Shown: one piece after another, positions 54,525 to 64,000 of the stretch | How the letters are laid out: every line of letters starts with the position of its first letter | How positions within the stretch are numbered: position 1 is the first letter of the stretch | Origin: Porticoccaceae bacterium | GTDB taxonomy: Bacteria; Pseudomonadota; Gammaproteobacteria; Pseudomonadales; Porticoccaceae | DNA: 64,000 nt | Assembly (NCBI GenBank): GCA_045560645.1 | Contig: JBJKZE010000002.1 | Location: 12,858-76,857 of the forward strand | Direction of reading: 5' to 3' | Program-made: the position numbers and the translations under genes | The notes under the pieces: model-generated | Seen by the model: the letters and a program-made list of their open reading frames with translations, nothing else | What the model was told of the DNA's origin: nothing | Database searches by the model: none

Positions 54525-55517
54525 ATGACAGAATCTGAAGCTCAAACGTTTGAGTCGCTAACGCCAGATATGATTATGGATGCGGTAGAAAGTTGTGGCT
54601 ATATCAGTGATGGTAGGTTGTTGGCGCTAAACAGCTATGAAAACCGCGTGTATCAGGTGGGTATTGAAGATGCGCAGCCATTAATTGCTAAATTTTATCG
54701 ACCTGATCGCTGGAGCAACGAGCAAATCAATGAGGAACACCAGTTTTGCTTTCAACTTAAAGAACAGGAGTTGCCGGTTGTTTGTCCGATAGTTAGCGAA
54801 GCGGGCCAGTCTCTTCATCGCTACTGTGGATTCCAATTTTCGCTTTACCTTCGTCGCGGAGGGCATGCGCCGGAGTTGGATAACCTGGATAATCTTTTTA
54901 TTCTTGGGCGGCTTTTAGGTCGGTTCCATGCTGTGGGTTCAGTTAATAAATTTAAATCGCGGCCAAAATTAGATATAGAAACGTTTGGATGGCAAGCTTA
55001 TCGCTACATAAGTGAGCACTTTATTCCCGCCGAATTAAGTCCGGCTTACGACAGTCTATTGCCAGACATTCTCAATAAGTGTCAAAGCATCCTAGATGAT
55101 TTTGGCGAGATTGATTGGATAAGGGTGCATGGTGACTGTCATTCTGGCAATATTCTTTGGCGAGACGATAACCCCCACTTTGTCGATTTTGATGATGCGC
55201 GAATGGCGCCAGCTGTGCAGGATTTATGGATGTTACTATCTGGCGATCGCTATGAACAAAAATCTCAAATAGCCGAGCTGGTTGAGGGTTACAATGAGTT
55301 CAATGATTTTAATCCGCGTGAGCTAGTGTTAATTGAGGTACTTCGTACTCTTCGTATTATTCATCACAGCGCTTGGATTGGTCGCAGATGGAGTGACCCT
55401 GCTTTCCCACGTGCTTTCCCATGGTTTGATTCGCCACGCTATTGGAGTGACCAGATATTAACTCTGCGAGAACAATTTTCGGCTCTTGATGAACCTCCAC
55501 TGGAAATTATGCCGTAA
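54525..55517 (+). CDS. srkA: Stress response Ser/Thr kinase SrkA/RdoA
   Basis: LNSYENRVY, KFYRP, HGDCHSGN and DFDD motifs. Confidence 0.94.
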   Translation: MTESEAQTFESLTPDMIMDAVESCGYISDGRLLALNSYENRVYQVGIEDAQPLIAKFYRPDRWSNEQINEEHQFCFQLKEQELPVVCPIVSEAGQSLHRYCGFQFSLYLRRGGHAPELDNLDNLFILGRLLGRFHAVGSVNKFKSRPKLDIETFGWQAYRYISEHFIPAELSPAYDSLLPDILNKCQSILDDFGEIDWIRVHGDCHSGNILWRDDNPHFVDFDDARMAPAVQDLWMLLSGDRYEQKSQIAELVEGYNEFNDFNPRELVLIEVLRTLRIIHHSAWIGRRWSDPAFPRAFPWFDSPRYWSDQILTLREQFSALDEPPLEIMP

Positions 55518-55648
55518 ATTGTCTAGTTTTCTATACATAAGTGAAGTTATTGATTGTTGAATGAAAATAACTTTAACTTTGCTTACATTGAACAGTAAAA
55601 TACACGCTTACTGGAAATAAATTTTAAAGTCTTAAATAGAGGTGCGGT

Positions 55649-56038
55649 GTGAGTGATTTTCCCACAGAATTAAAATACGCAAATAGCCATGAATGGGCGA
55701 GGTTAGAGAGTGACGGGATCGTTGTTGTTGGGATAACCGACCACGCTCAAGATGCTTTAGGTGATATCGTTTTTATCGAGCTTCCAGAGTCGGGAGCTGA
55801 AGTTGATGCTGGCGCTGAAATAGCTGTTGTAGAGTCGGTTAAGGCAGCATCTGATATATATTCGCCTGTTGCTGGAGAAGTTGTTGAGGTAAATTCAGCG
55901 CTTGAGGATGAGCCAGAATTAGTCAACGCTAGTCCATATGAGGATGGGTGGTTATTTACCGTTAAACTTAGTGCAGGTGAAGATTTGAGTAATTTACTTG
56001 ATGCCGAGGGTTACCAGGCCTTGGTTGAAGCTGAGTAA
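55649..56038 (+). CDS. gcvH: Glycine cleavage system H protein (stand-alone)
   Basis: [19 protein letters not shown] lipoyl-Lys and PYEDGW motifs. Confidence 0.96.
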   Translation: MSDFPTELKYANSHEWARLESDGIVVVGITDHAQDALGDIVFIELPESGAEVDAGAEIAVVESVKAASDIYSPVAGEVVEVNSALEDEPELVNASPYEDGWLFTVKLSAGEDLSNLLDAEGYQALVEAE

Positions 56039-56045
56039 GTTTCAA

Positions 56046-56702
56046 CTAATTTCTTAAGGAAATTATTTCCCAGCTTCTTGATTCAGCCTCCTTGCGGAGA
56101 GCTGAATCAGGGTCTACTGCAATTGGATATGCAACTTCCAACAGCATTGGCATGTCGTTGATCGAGTCAGAGTAAAAGTAACTTCCGTCACCGCTTTCTT
56201 CTTGTTGCTTTAACCATTGATTAAAACGTTCAACCTTTCCCTCTTTAAAAGTGGGGGTACCTTTTACTTTACCTGTGTATTTATCATCAACAATCTCTAG
56301 ATCAGTGGCTATAATTTCATCAATGCCGAGTGATTTGCAGATAGGCTCAACAATAAAGCGGTTGGTTGATGTAATGACTAACAGGCGATCGCCTGCTTGA
56401 CGATGATGATGAATTAAATCTTTAGCTTGATCGAGTTTCATTGGGTCGATAACTTCGCGCATAAATTGTTGATGCAGTGCTTGCAGTTTAATGAGGGATA
56501 ATTTGGTCAGCGGCTCTAGCGAAAATTCAAGGTAAGCAAAGATATCTAAACAACCCGATTCATAATCGGCATAGAATTTATCATTCATCTTTTTGTAATA
56601 TTGGCCGTCGACTATATTTTGATCGACTAAAAATTCTCCCCAGCTATGATCGCTGTCTCCAGCGATTAGGGTGTTGTCCAAGTCAAAGATGGCTAGTGCC
56701 AT
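56046..56702 (-). CDS. HAD-IB family phosphatase (possible histidinol-phosphatase)
   Basis: FDLDNTL..DSD and YSDSIND motifs; divergent from rppH as in Pseudomonas; ATG at 56702. Confidence 0.88.
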   Translation of the reverse strand: MALAIFDLDNTLIAGDSDHSWGEFLVDQNIVDGQYYKKMNDKFYADYESGCLDIFAYLEFSLEPLTKLSLIKLQALHQQFMREVIDPMKLDQAKDLIHHHRQAGDRLLVITSTNRFIVEPICKSLGIDEIIATDLEIVDDKYTGKVKGTPTFKEGKVERFNQWLKQQEESGDGSYFYSDSINDMPMLLEVAYPIAVDPDSALRKEAESRSWEIISLRN

Positions 56703-56849
56703 AAGGAAATTCCAGTCAAATAAGTTAGAGTATGTTTGGTTGTTAAGGATAGCGGTGATGTCAAAATGGCTCAAGAGAAAATTGCCGAGTACACGCTACT
56801 GTGGAACAATGGGCTTCTTTAATCTATAAATTTTATTAGGATCTTTAAA

Positions 56850-57347
56850 TTGGTTGATCAGGATGGATATCGTTCTAACGTAGCTATGGTGATTAGCAAT
56901 GGTCATGGACAGGTTTTTTGGGCTAAAAGAATGGGTCAAAAAGCTTGGCAGTTTCCTCAGGGAGGAATTGATCAGGGTGAAACAGCAGAACAGGCACTAT
57001 ATCGTGAACTATATGAAGAAGTAGGCTTGGAGCCTGGAGATGTAAAAATCATCCAGCAAACTAAGCGCTGGCTTCGATACAATATCCCAGAAAAAATGCA
57101 GCGCAAGCATTCGAAGCCGCGCTGTATTGGTCAAAAGCAGCGATGGTTCTTTTTGCAGTTAGTCGGTGATCAAAAAAAGATTAGCTTTGACGCAACAGGG
57201 CATCCTGAGTTTGACGCTTGGGAGTGGGTGAGTTATTGGCACCCGATTAATCAGGTGGTTTCATTTAAGCAAAATGTTTACCGTCAAGCATTAGTTGAGT
57301 TTGCTCAGACTAATATGCGATTGCAGAAGCGGAAAAAGCGTAGATAA
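56850..57347 (+). CDS. rppH: RNA pyrophosphohydrolase
   Basis: [15 protein letters not shown] Nudix box, GQKQ and PEFD motifs. Confidence 0.96.
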   Translation: MVDQDGYRSNVAMVISNGHGQVFWAKRMGQKAWQFPQGGIDQGETAEQALYRELYEEVGLEPGDVKIIQQTKRWLRYNIPEKMQRKHSKPRCIGQKQRWFFLQLVGDQKKISFDATGHPEFDAWEWVSYWHPINQVVSFKQNVYRQALVEFAQTNMRLQKRKKRR

Positions 57348-59627
57348 ATGAATATCCTCGACTCCCTAAGAACAATATTTCAAGAAGTTAATACTGCCCG
57401 CAGTCTACCGGAAGTATTGACCATTATTGTTACAGAAGTTCACGCTGCAATGGGGGCGGAAGTTTGTTCGGTCTATTTATTCGATGAAACCGATCAACAT
57501 TATGTATTGATGGCAACCAAAGGTTTGCGCCAACAAAGTATTGGCAAGGTGCGCTTGGCTATGGGTCAAGGCCTGGTTGGTTTAGTTGCAGCAAAAGAAG
57601 AGCCGCTCAATTTACAGGATGCCGATAAGCATCCTAATTTTGCCTACTTTGAGGAAATTGGAGAGGAAATTTATCACTCTTTTTTGGGCGTCCCAATTAT
57701 TCATCACCGTAAAGTTCTTGGCGTACTGGTGCTTCAGCAACAGGCAGAGCGACGTTTCGCGACGGAAGAAGAAGCCTTTATGGTTACCGTGTGCGCGCAG
57801 TTATCAGGTGCTATTGCCCATGCTGAGGCGACAGGTGCCTTAAGTAAACTAGCATCGGCTGGTCGCGGCAAAAGCAAAGAAGCAATATTTCATGGTATTG
57901 CCAGTTCTCCGGGTGTTGGTATCGGGCGTGTTGTGTTGGCACAGCAAACTATGGATCTGGCATCAGTTCCGGAGCGACATACATCTAATCCAGATGCTGA
58001 GTTACAGATATTCCGTCAGGCTTTAAAGTCAGTAAAACAGGATATGCGCAATCTCGGTGTTGGTCTTGAAGGCAAGTTGAGTTCAGAAGAGTTAGCCTTA
58101 TTTAATGTTTATATCAGCATGCTGGATGATGATTCACTGGGTGGTGAGGTTATTGAAACAATTAACGCGGGCCAAACCGCCCAGAGCGCATGGAGCTCTG
58201 TTATTTTAAAGCATGTGCGGACTTTTCGGCATATGGAAGACCCCTACCTACGAGAGCGAGCATCAGATGTTGAGGGTTTGGGTAAGAGAGTGCTTGGCTA
58301 CTTACAACAGAGAGGTGAGCAGCAAAAGCCGTTGCCAAGACGCATTGTTTTGGTCGGTGAAAATCTCTCTGCAACTGAGTTAGCGGACATTCCGGTAGAT
58401 CGCTTGGTGGGTATAGTTTCGCTTAAAGGTGCTAGCAATTCGCATATGGCCATTGTAGGTAGAGCATTAGGCATCCCAACGGTAATGGGTGCTTTGGATA
58501 TGCCCTGTGCAGAGCTTGAGGGAGAGGAGTTGATTGTCGATGGGTTTACCGGAGACGTTGTTAGTCATGCGACTAGAACCCTAAAGCGCGCCTATGTTCA
58601 GAGGCAGAGAGAAGAGCAGATATTAATTAAAGACCTGCAAAAACTTCGCGATGTGCCCTGTCAAACCACTGATGGCTTCGATTTTTCTTTGTGGGTTAAC
58701 ACTGGACTACGGCATGACAATATTCCATCGTTACGCAGTGGTGCCGATGCGGTGGGTTTATTTCGAACTGAGATTCCTTTTCTGTTGCGCTCTAGCTTCC
58801 CAACTGAGGACGAGCAAGTCGAGGTATATCGCGAGCATCTAGAAACCTTTGCGCCTCGTCCGGTGACAATGAGAACGTTGGATATAGGTGGTGATAAGGA
58901 TCTTCCTTACTTTCCAATTGAAGAGGAGAATCCGTTTTTGGGCTGGCGAGGAATTAGAATTTCTCTCGATCACCCAGAAATTTTTCTGGTACAGATTAGA
59001 GCCTTGCTTCGCGCCAGCGAGGGCCTAAATAATCTGCGCATTATGCTGCCTATGATTAGTAATCTGGCAGAGCTAGATAGTGGACTGGCATTAATCAGAC
59101 GGGCCTATAAGGAGTTAACGGAGGAAGAGGGTTTTCAATTGCAGATGCCTGCGCTGGGTGCGATGATCGAAGTTCCTGCAGCGGTTTATCAGGTTAAAGA
59201 AATTGGTCGTCGAGTCGACTTTATGTCTGTGGGTACCAATGACTTAACTCAATACCTTCTTGCTGTAGATCGCAATAATCCAAGAGTTGCAGATCTTTAC
59301 GATGCGCTTCACCCAAGTGTACTCAGGGCGCTAAAAAGTATTTATGATCAGGCTAAAACGGTCAATTGTCAGTTGAGTGTTTGCGGTGAGATGGCAGGTG
59401 ACCCCATTAGTGCGGTGGTTCTTTTAGGGCTTGGCTATGAGAACTTCTCCATGAGTGCTAGTTCATTATTAAGGGTGAAGTCGCTTATGCTAAAAATTAG
59501 TCGTCAAATGGCAGATGATTTAGCCAAACAGGCGCTATGCTTATCAGATGGTGCTGAGGTTGTAGACTATATGTCAAACGCCTTAGAGCCCTACAGATAC
59601 AGAAACAAAAAGTCGCTATCAGGGTAA
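57348..59627 (+). CDS. ptsP: Enzyme I-Ntr (GAF + PEP-protein phosphotransferase)
   Basis: N-terminal GAF domain, SHMAI phospho-His, GLFRTE, NPFLGWRG and CGEMAG motifs. Confidence 0.96.
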   Translation: MNILDSLRTIFQEVNTARSLPEVLTIIVTEVHAAMGAEVCSVYLFDETDQHYVLMATKGLRQQSIGKVRLAMGQGLVGLVAAKEEPLNLQDADKHPNFAYFEEIGEEIYHSFLGVPIIHHRKVLGVLVLQQQAERRFATEEEAFMVTVCAQLSGAIAHAEATGALSKLASAGRGKSKEAIFHGIASSPGVGIGRVVLAQQTMDLASVPERHTSNPDAELQIFRQALKSVKQDMRNLGVGLEGKLSSEELALFNVYISMLDDDSLGGEVIETINAGQTAQSAWSSVILKHVRTFRHMEDPYLRERASDVEGLGKRVLGYLQQRGEQQKPLPRRIVLVGENLSATELADIPVDRLVGIVSLKGASNSHMAIVGRALGIPTVMGALDMPCAELEGEELIVDGFTGDVVSHATRTLKRAYVQRQREEQILIKDLQKLRDVPCQTTDGFDFSLWVNTGLRHDNIPSLRSGADAVGLFRTEIPFLLRSSFPTEDEQVEVYREHLETFAPRPVTMRTLDIGGDKDLPYFPIEEENPFLGWRGIRISLDHPEIFLVQIRALLRASEGLNNLRIMLPMISNLAELDSGLALIRRAYKELTEEEGFQLQMPALGAMIEVPAAVYQVKEIGRRVDFMSVGTNDLTQYLLAVDRNNPRVADLYDALHPSVLRALKSIYDQAKTVNCQLSVCGEMAGDPISAVVLLGLGYENFSMSASSLLRVKSLMLKISRQMADDLAKQALCLSDGAEVVDYMSNALEPYRYRNKKSLSG

Positions 59628-59637
59628 CCCAAGGGCT

Positions 59638-59667
59638 TTGAAATATTTCAACTTTCTAGCATAGAAT
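59638..59667 (+). promoter_or_regulatory. Putative sigma70 promoter of lgt-thyA-folA
   Basis: TTGAAA-N18-TAGAAT. Confidence 0.45.
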
Positions 59668-59720
59668 AGGGCAGCATAAACCGCTATGATCTTCGCTGAA
59701 TTTAAATTTAGGTTGTCGAC

Positions 59721-60533
59721 ATGATATTGCATCCAGATATAGACCCTGTAGCGATAAGCCTCGGACCTCTGAATATTTACTGGTATAGCCTGATGTATAT
59801 TCTTGCCTTTGCTTGTGCTTGGGTGATAGCTATGCGGGCATGTCGGCGGCCCTGGTCACCCATAAAGCACAATCAGGTGGAAGATTTAATTGTTTATGGT
59901 GCTTGGGGAGTTATTCTAGGTGGACGTCTGGGCTATATGTTCTTTTATAGCTTTGATAATTGGGTTGAGGACCCGTCCATGGTTATTAGGTTGTGGGAAG
60001 GCGGAATGTCGTTCCATGGCGGCCTTATTGGTGTGATTATGGCAATCTATTTGTATGCACGTAAACACCAAATACCTTTTCTTGCGGTTGGTGACTTTGT
60101 TGCGCCAATGGTTCCGACGGGGCTATTTTTTGGGCGTATGGGAAACTTTATTGGACAAGAACTCTATGGCCGCGCAACAGAGGGCCCGTGGGCAATGCTT
60201 TTCCCTTCGGACCCACTGCAGCTTGGGCGTCATCCTTCGCAGCTGTATGAAGCCCTTCTGGAGGGTATAGTATTATTTGGCATTATTTACTGGTTTGCCC
60301 GAAAGCCGAGGTTATTTGGTCAGGTAGGCGGCCTGTTTTTAATTGGTTACGGGGTGTTTCGCTTTATTATTGAGTTTGTGCGTGAGCCCGATATACAGTT
60401 TGCCGGGCAAACAGCGGTTTTTGAGATATTTAACTGGATGACCCGCGGACAAACCCTGTGTGTGCCAATGATCCTGTTGGGTCTTTGGTTGATGAGAAAG
60501 TCACTTCCATTTGTGAAAACAAACGTTAAATAA
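59721..60533 (+). CDS. lgt: Prolipoprotein diacylglyceryl transferase
   Basis: GGRLGY, GGMSFHGG, GRMGNF and HPSQLYE motifs. Confidence 0.97.
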   Translation: MILHPDIDPVAISLGPLNIYWYSLMYILAFACAWVIAMRACRRPWSPIKHNQVEDLIVYGAWGVILGGRLGYMFFYSFDNWVEDPSMVIRLWEGGMSFHGGLIGVIMAIYLYARKHQIPFLAVGDFVAPMVPTGLFFGRMGNFIGQELYGRATEGPWAMLFPSDPLQLGRHPSQLYEALLEGIVLFGIIYWFARKPRLFGQVGGLFLIGYGVFRFIIEFVREPDIQFAGQTAVFEIFNWMTRGQTLCVPMILLGLWLMRKSLPFVKTNVK

Positions 60534-60572
60534 TAGATTTAAGAATTAATTACCCTCTGAGATAAAATAACA

Positions 60573-61478
60573 ATGAAACAATACTTAGATTTAATTAGAC
60601 ATATTAAGGGTCATGGGGTCTTTAAAGGCGATCGAACCGGCACTGGAACGCTCAGTGTATTTGGTTACCAAATGCGCTTTGATTTGCAGCAAGGATTCCC
60701 GCTAGTCACGACAAAAAAAGTGCATCTCAAATCTATCCTGCATGAATTGCTATGGTTTGTGAAAGGCGATACTAATATTCGCTATCTTGTAGAGAATGGC
60801 GTGGGTATATGGAATGAGTGGCCCTATCAGAGCTGGTTGCGACAAACCGGTGCGGATAAAAATCATGAAATGCACTCCGCCGAATGGAAAGTTGGGCTTA
60901 AGGCATTTGTTGAGCGCATAAAAAGCGACAATGATTTTGCTCAGAAGTATGGTGATTTGGGTCCGGTTTATGGTCGTCAATGGCGCAACTTTGAAGGTGT
61001 GGACCAGTTGGCTGGTGTGATAAATGACATTAAGTCGAATCCAGATTCAAGGCGCTTGATTGTGTCTGCTTGGAATCCCAAGGATATCCCGGTAATGGCA
61101 AAATCTGGGCTTCCTCCCTGTCATAGCTTATTTCAGTTTTATGTGTCCGAGGGAAAGCTTTCTTGTCAGCTTTATCAGCGCAGTGCAGATGTCTTTTTGG
61201 GGGTGCCATTTAATATTGCATCCTATGCTGCTTTGACAATGATGGTTGCGCAGGTAACCGGTTTGGAGTTAGGTGATTTTGTGCATAGTTTTGGTGATGC
61301 CCATTTATATACCAATCATATGCAGCAAATTGAGGAGCAGCTCGGTAGAGAAACGTTGCCTCTACCTAGATTGAAGATCAACCCAGAAATAACTAATATT
61401 TTCGATTTTGTGTATGACGATTTTGAGCTTCAGGGGTACGAATCTCATAGCGCTATTTCAGCGCCTGTGGCAGTTTAG
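60573..61478 (+). CDS. thyA: Thymidylate synthase (long form)
   Basis: [18 protein letters not shown] and [14 protein letters not shown] motifs. Confidence 0.97.
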   Translation: MKQYLDLIRHIKGHGVFKGDRTGTGTLSVFGYQMRFDLQQGFPLVTTKKVHLKSILHELLWFVKGDTNIRYLVENGVGIWNEWPYQSWLRQTGADKNHEMHSAEWKVGLKAFVERIKSDNDFAQKYGDLGPVYGRQWRNFEGVDQLAGVINDIKSNPDSRRLIVSAWNPKDIPVMAKSGLPPCHSLFQFYVSEGKLSCQLYQRSADVFLGVPFNIASYAALTMMVAQVTGLELGDFVHSFGDAHLYTNHMQQIEEQLGRETLPLPRLKINPEITNIFDFVYDDFELQGYESHSAISAPVAV

Positions 61479-61487
61479 GAGAGTTTA

Positions 61488-61985
61488 ATGAAAGTTGCAC
61501 TTATCGTAGCGGTCAGTCAAAACAATGTTATTGGTCGTGATAATCAGTTGCCTTGGCACTTGCCAGAAGATTTGCAATATTTTAAGTCCGTAACTATGGG
61601 TAAGCCCATTTTGATGGGCAGAAAAACCTATGATTCTATAGGCAGGCCTCTTCCTGGGCGCACCAATATTGTAATTACTCGAGATCCAAGCTGGGCGGCT
61701 GAAGGTGTGGTGGTGGTTAATAGTTTAGAGGAGGCCATATCAGCAGGCGCTGAGGCCTGTAAAGCAGCCGATAGTGACGAAGTAATGGTTATAGGGGGCG
61801 CGCAAATCTACCGTGACTGCTTACCTATTGCCAAAAAACTTTATCTGACAAAAGTTGAGGCTGAAGTTGATGGCGATGCTTTTTTTCCAAAAATTGACTT
61901 GGATCAATGGCATAAAATATCTGAAAAAGCACCAATAGCAGTCGACAAGCATCCTTATCGCTTTTTAATTCTTGAGCGTATTTAA
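61488..61985 (+). CDS. folA: Dihydrofolate reductase
   Basis: LPWHLPEDL, MGRKT, RPLPGR and IGGAQIY motifs. Confidence 0.97.
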   Translation: MKVALIVAVSQNNVIGRDNQLPWHLPEDLQYFKSVTMGKPILMGRKTYDSIGRPLPGRTNIVITRDPSWAAEGVVVVNSLEEAISAGAEACKAADSDEVMVIGGAQIYRDCLPIAKKLYLTKVEAEVDGDAFFPKIDLDQWHKISEKAPIAVDKHPYRFLILERI

Positions 61986-62200
61986 AATTTAGCATGAAAA
62001 AGACTCAAAATTCGCTATACAGTTGTGATAGTATTGCGCGAATATTATGACTTTGGGTATTAGTACTTAAAGTTATGTTGATTTTTGGCGGTGAGCTGAA
62101 GTTAGTTGCCTCCAAAAAATAATAAGTGCTTATCAGATCATCTGATCATCGATAAGGTAGAAATAAGTAACCAATCTGATAGACCCAAATTGAGGGAACT

Positions 62201-63001
62201 ATGAAAAAGCAATCACTGAAAGCATTGGCCTTAATTGCCATTTTTGCTAGCCCTGTGACTGTTATGGCTGAAGAGCCAGCAGTGGAAGAGCGTACGGCAG
62301 AAGTTAGCGAAATTTTAAATGCTGGAGCTGAAAAGGTTCAGGCTGCCAAAAAATCTCAAATTAAAGTTGATAGAATTGCAGATCAAACTGACGGTTTGCT
62401 GCAGGAATTCAAGCAAGTCAATAAACAAATTGAATCGCTGCGAGTTTATAACTCACAGCTGGAGCGTCAAATCGTCAGCCAGAAGAGAATGATGGTTGAG
62501 CTTGAGGAATCTATTGAAAACGCAACAGTGATCGAGCGAGGCATTTCGCCGCTAATGGCCAATATGCTCAATGCGCTTGAAGACTTTGTAAATCTTGATA
62601 TGCCATTTAAGAAAGAGCGCCGCCAACAGGCTGTTGCTGATCTTTATGTGAATTTAGATAGTGCCAAGTTCTCGGCTGCGGAAAAATTCCGTCAGGTTCT
62701 AGAGGTCTATGATATTGAGTCCGATTACAGTCTTTCTATGGAGTCTTATACCGATCAGATTGATGTTGAGGGAGACGGTTCTTTTGTAGAAGTTCAAATG
62801 CTTAGAATTGGTCGAGTTGCATTGGCTTATCAAAGCAAAGACAAATCTAAGGTTGGCGTTTGGGATAAAACCACTAATAGCTGGCAGCCGCTGGGTTCTA
62901 GCTATCGCCGTGCAGTGGATCAAGCGATCCGTATTGCTGTGAAGCTGGCGCCACAAGATGTTATTGAAATTCCGATTACAGCTCCGGAGACAGCACAATG
63001 A
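62201..63001 (+). CDS. DUF3450 family periplasmic coiled-coil protein (TonB-system associated)
   Basis: Signal peptide, coiled coil, DMPF..ER, EKFRQVLE and LRIGRVAL motifs. Confidence 0.85.
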   Translation: MKKQSLKALALIAIFASPVTVMAEEPAVEERTAEVSEILNAGAEKVQAAKKSQIKVDRIADQTDGLLQEFKQVNKQIESLRVYNSQLERQIVSQKRMMVELEESIENATVIERGISPLMANMLNALEDFVNLDMPFKKERRQQAVADLYVNLDSAKFSAAEKFRQVLEVYDIESDYSLSMESYTDQIDVEGDGSFVEVQMLRIGRVALAYQSKDKSKVGVWDKTTNSWQPLGSSYRRAVDQAIRIAVKLAPQDVIEIPITAPETAQ

Positions 63002-64000
63002 AAATTAAAATGATAAATATTTTTGTAGCATTTTTTGCTGTAATCGCGATGTCTAGCCCTGTAGTGGCGAGCGAAGCAAAAAGTCTTGTTGAACTGCTGG
63101 ATATGATTGAATCAGCAAAAATCTCAGAAACTGCAGAATACCGTCAGCGTGAAGCTGACTTTCTCAAGGATCAGCGCAAGCAATCTCAGCTTTTAAAAGG
63201 CGCTAAGAATACCAAGGCGGCTGAAGAGCGTCGGTCTGATCGCCTTGAGCAAATTATTCGCGATAACGATATCAAGCTTGCGGCACTGCGTGAACAACGC
63301 GACAAGCGTTTGGGCTCTCTTAAAGAGTTGTTTGGTCATTTGACCGGTACAGCGGGTGATTTAAGAGCTAAGATCGATCAGTCGATTGTTAGTACTCAAA
63401 TTCCTGGGCGTACGGAATTCCTTGATGTTCTTATTGATAAGATGAGTAGTGATACAAAGCTACCTTCAATCGAAGATATTGAAAAACTATGGTACGAGCA
63501 ACAGCGTGAAATGGTTGAAAGCGGTCGTGTAGTTAAGTTTAGCCGCACAGTTATTTTGGCAAATGGCGAGCCGGCTGAGATGGAAGTTGTGCGTGTTGGT
63601 TCATACAACCTTCTTGCTGATGGGATGTATCTTGAGTACAACCCAGAATCTGGCCTAGTATCTGAGTTGACTCGTCAGCCTTCAGGCTTTAGTGGTGGCG
63701 CAGAAGATTTACAAGAAGCTACTTCTGGCTTTACCAAGGTTGGCTTAGATCCAACAGGTCCTTTCGGTGGCGGTCTTTTAGCTGCACTGATTAATGCGCC
63801 TACATTAGTTGAGCGCTGGCACTTTGGTGGCATCGTTGGTTATGTAATTACTGCCGTGTTTATATTTGCTATCTTCTTGGCGGGGTGGAGATTTGTGGTT
63901 TTGTTCGGCATGTCAGCTGCGGTTAAAAGTCAGCTGAGCTCGAAAGCGGCAGATACCGAAAACCCATTGGGCCGAGTATTAAAAATTGCTGGTGATAACC
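62998..64000 (+). CDS. Long MotA/TolQ/ExbB family protein (TtpC-like), partial
   Basis: ATG overlaps the DUF3450 stop (ATGA); signal peptide, GSLKELFG, VRVG.YN, DPTG, TM helix and NPLGRVL; open to the window end. Confidence 0.85.
   Translation, partial: MKIKMINIFVAFFAVIAMSSPVVASEAKSLVELLDMIESAKISETAEYRQREADFLKDQRKQSQLLKGAKNTKAAEERRSDRLEQIIRDNDIKLAALREQRDKRLGSLKELFGHLTGTAGDLRAKIDQSIVSTQIPGRTEFLDVLIDKMSSDTKLPSIEDIEKLWYEQQREMVESGRVVKFSRTVILANGEPAEMEVVRVGSYNLLADGMYLEYNPESGLVSELTRQPSGFSGGAEDLQEATSGFTKVGLDPTGPFGGGLLAALINAPTLVERWHFGGIVGYVITAVFIFAIFLAGWRFVVLFGMSAAVKSQLSSKAADTENPLGRVLKIAGDN

Noticed and set aside
55518-55648. Glycine riboswitch before gcvH
   Set aside because: No GGAGA/CTCAGG aptamer signatures; AT-rich promoter-like DNA.

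Overview
A gene-dense core-chromosome segment with no rRNA, tRNA, CRISPR array, transposase or integrase. Gene order and protein style suggest a marine gammaproteobacterium with Pseudomonas/Cellvibrionales-like synteny, possibly SAR92/Porticoccaceae (inference only). In order it carries: an A1-type cytochrome c oxidase cluster; an LPS inner-core block (waaA, gmhA, hldE, kdkA, GT9 heptosyltransferase, gmhB); zur-znuCB/znuA; polA; engB; cytochrome c4-dsbA; serC-serA; a GATase1-AraC regulator divergent from a FabY-like synthase; sahR-metK-ahcY-metF-rsmE-protease; tkt-epd-pgk-fba; oxyR-recG; gmk-rpoZ-spoT; rph-pyrE; coaBC-algC-argB-slmA; radC-rpmBG; csp; DUF1653-arfB-srkA; gcvH; rppH-ptsP-lgt-thyA-folA; and the start of a DUF3450/ExbB TonB operon. 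I found no clearly novel multi-gene system. The best leads are: (i) an unannotated ~105-nt sRNA candidate with a sigmaE-like promoter at the ErsA/Spot42 locus; (ii) an OxyR that lacks the resolving Cys208, has a new CxxCC cluster and carries substitutions at conserved residues; (iii) three 21-bp tandem repeats between the GATase1-AraC regulator and fabY; (iv) a cox cluster without heme A synthase; (v) an apparently inserted Kdo-phosphate/heptose LPS block lacking hldD; (vi) a perfect 36-bp palindrome over the sahR promoter; (vii) absence of dut and crc from otherwise conserved gene orders. All family assignments come from motif recognition, not database searches.
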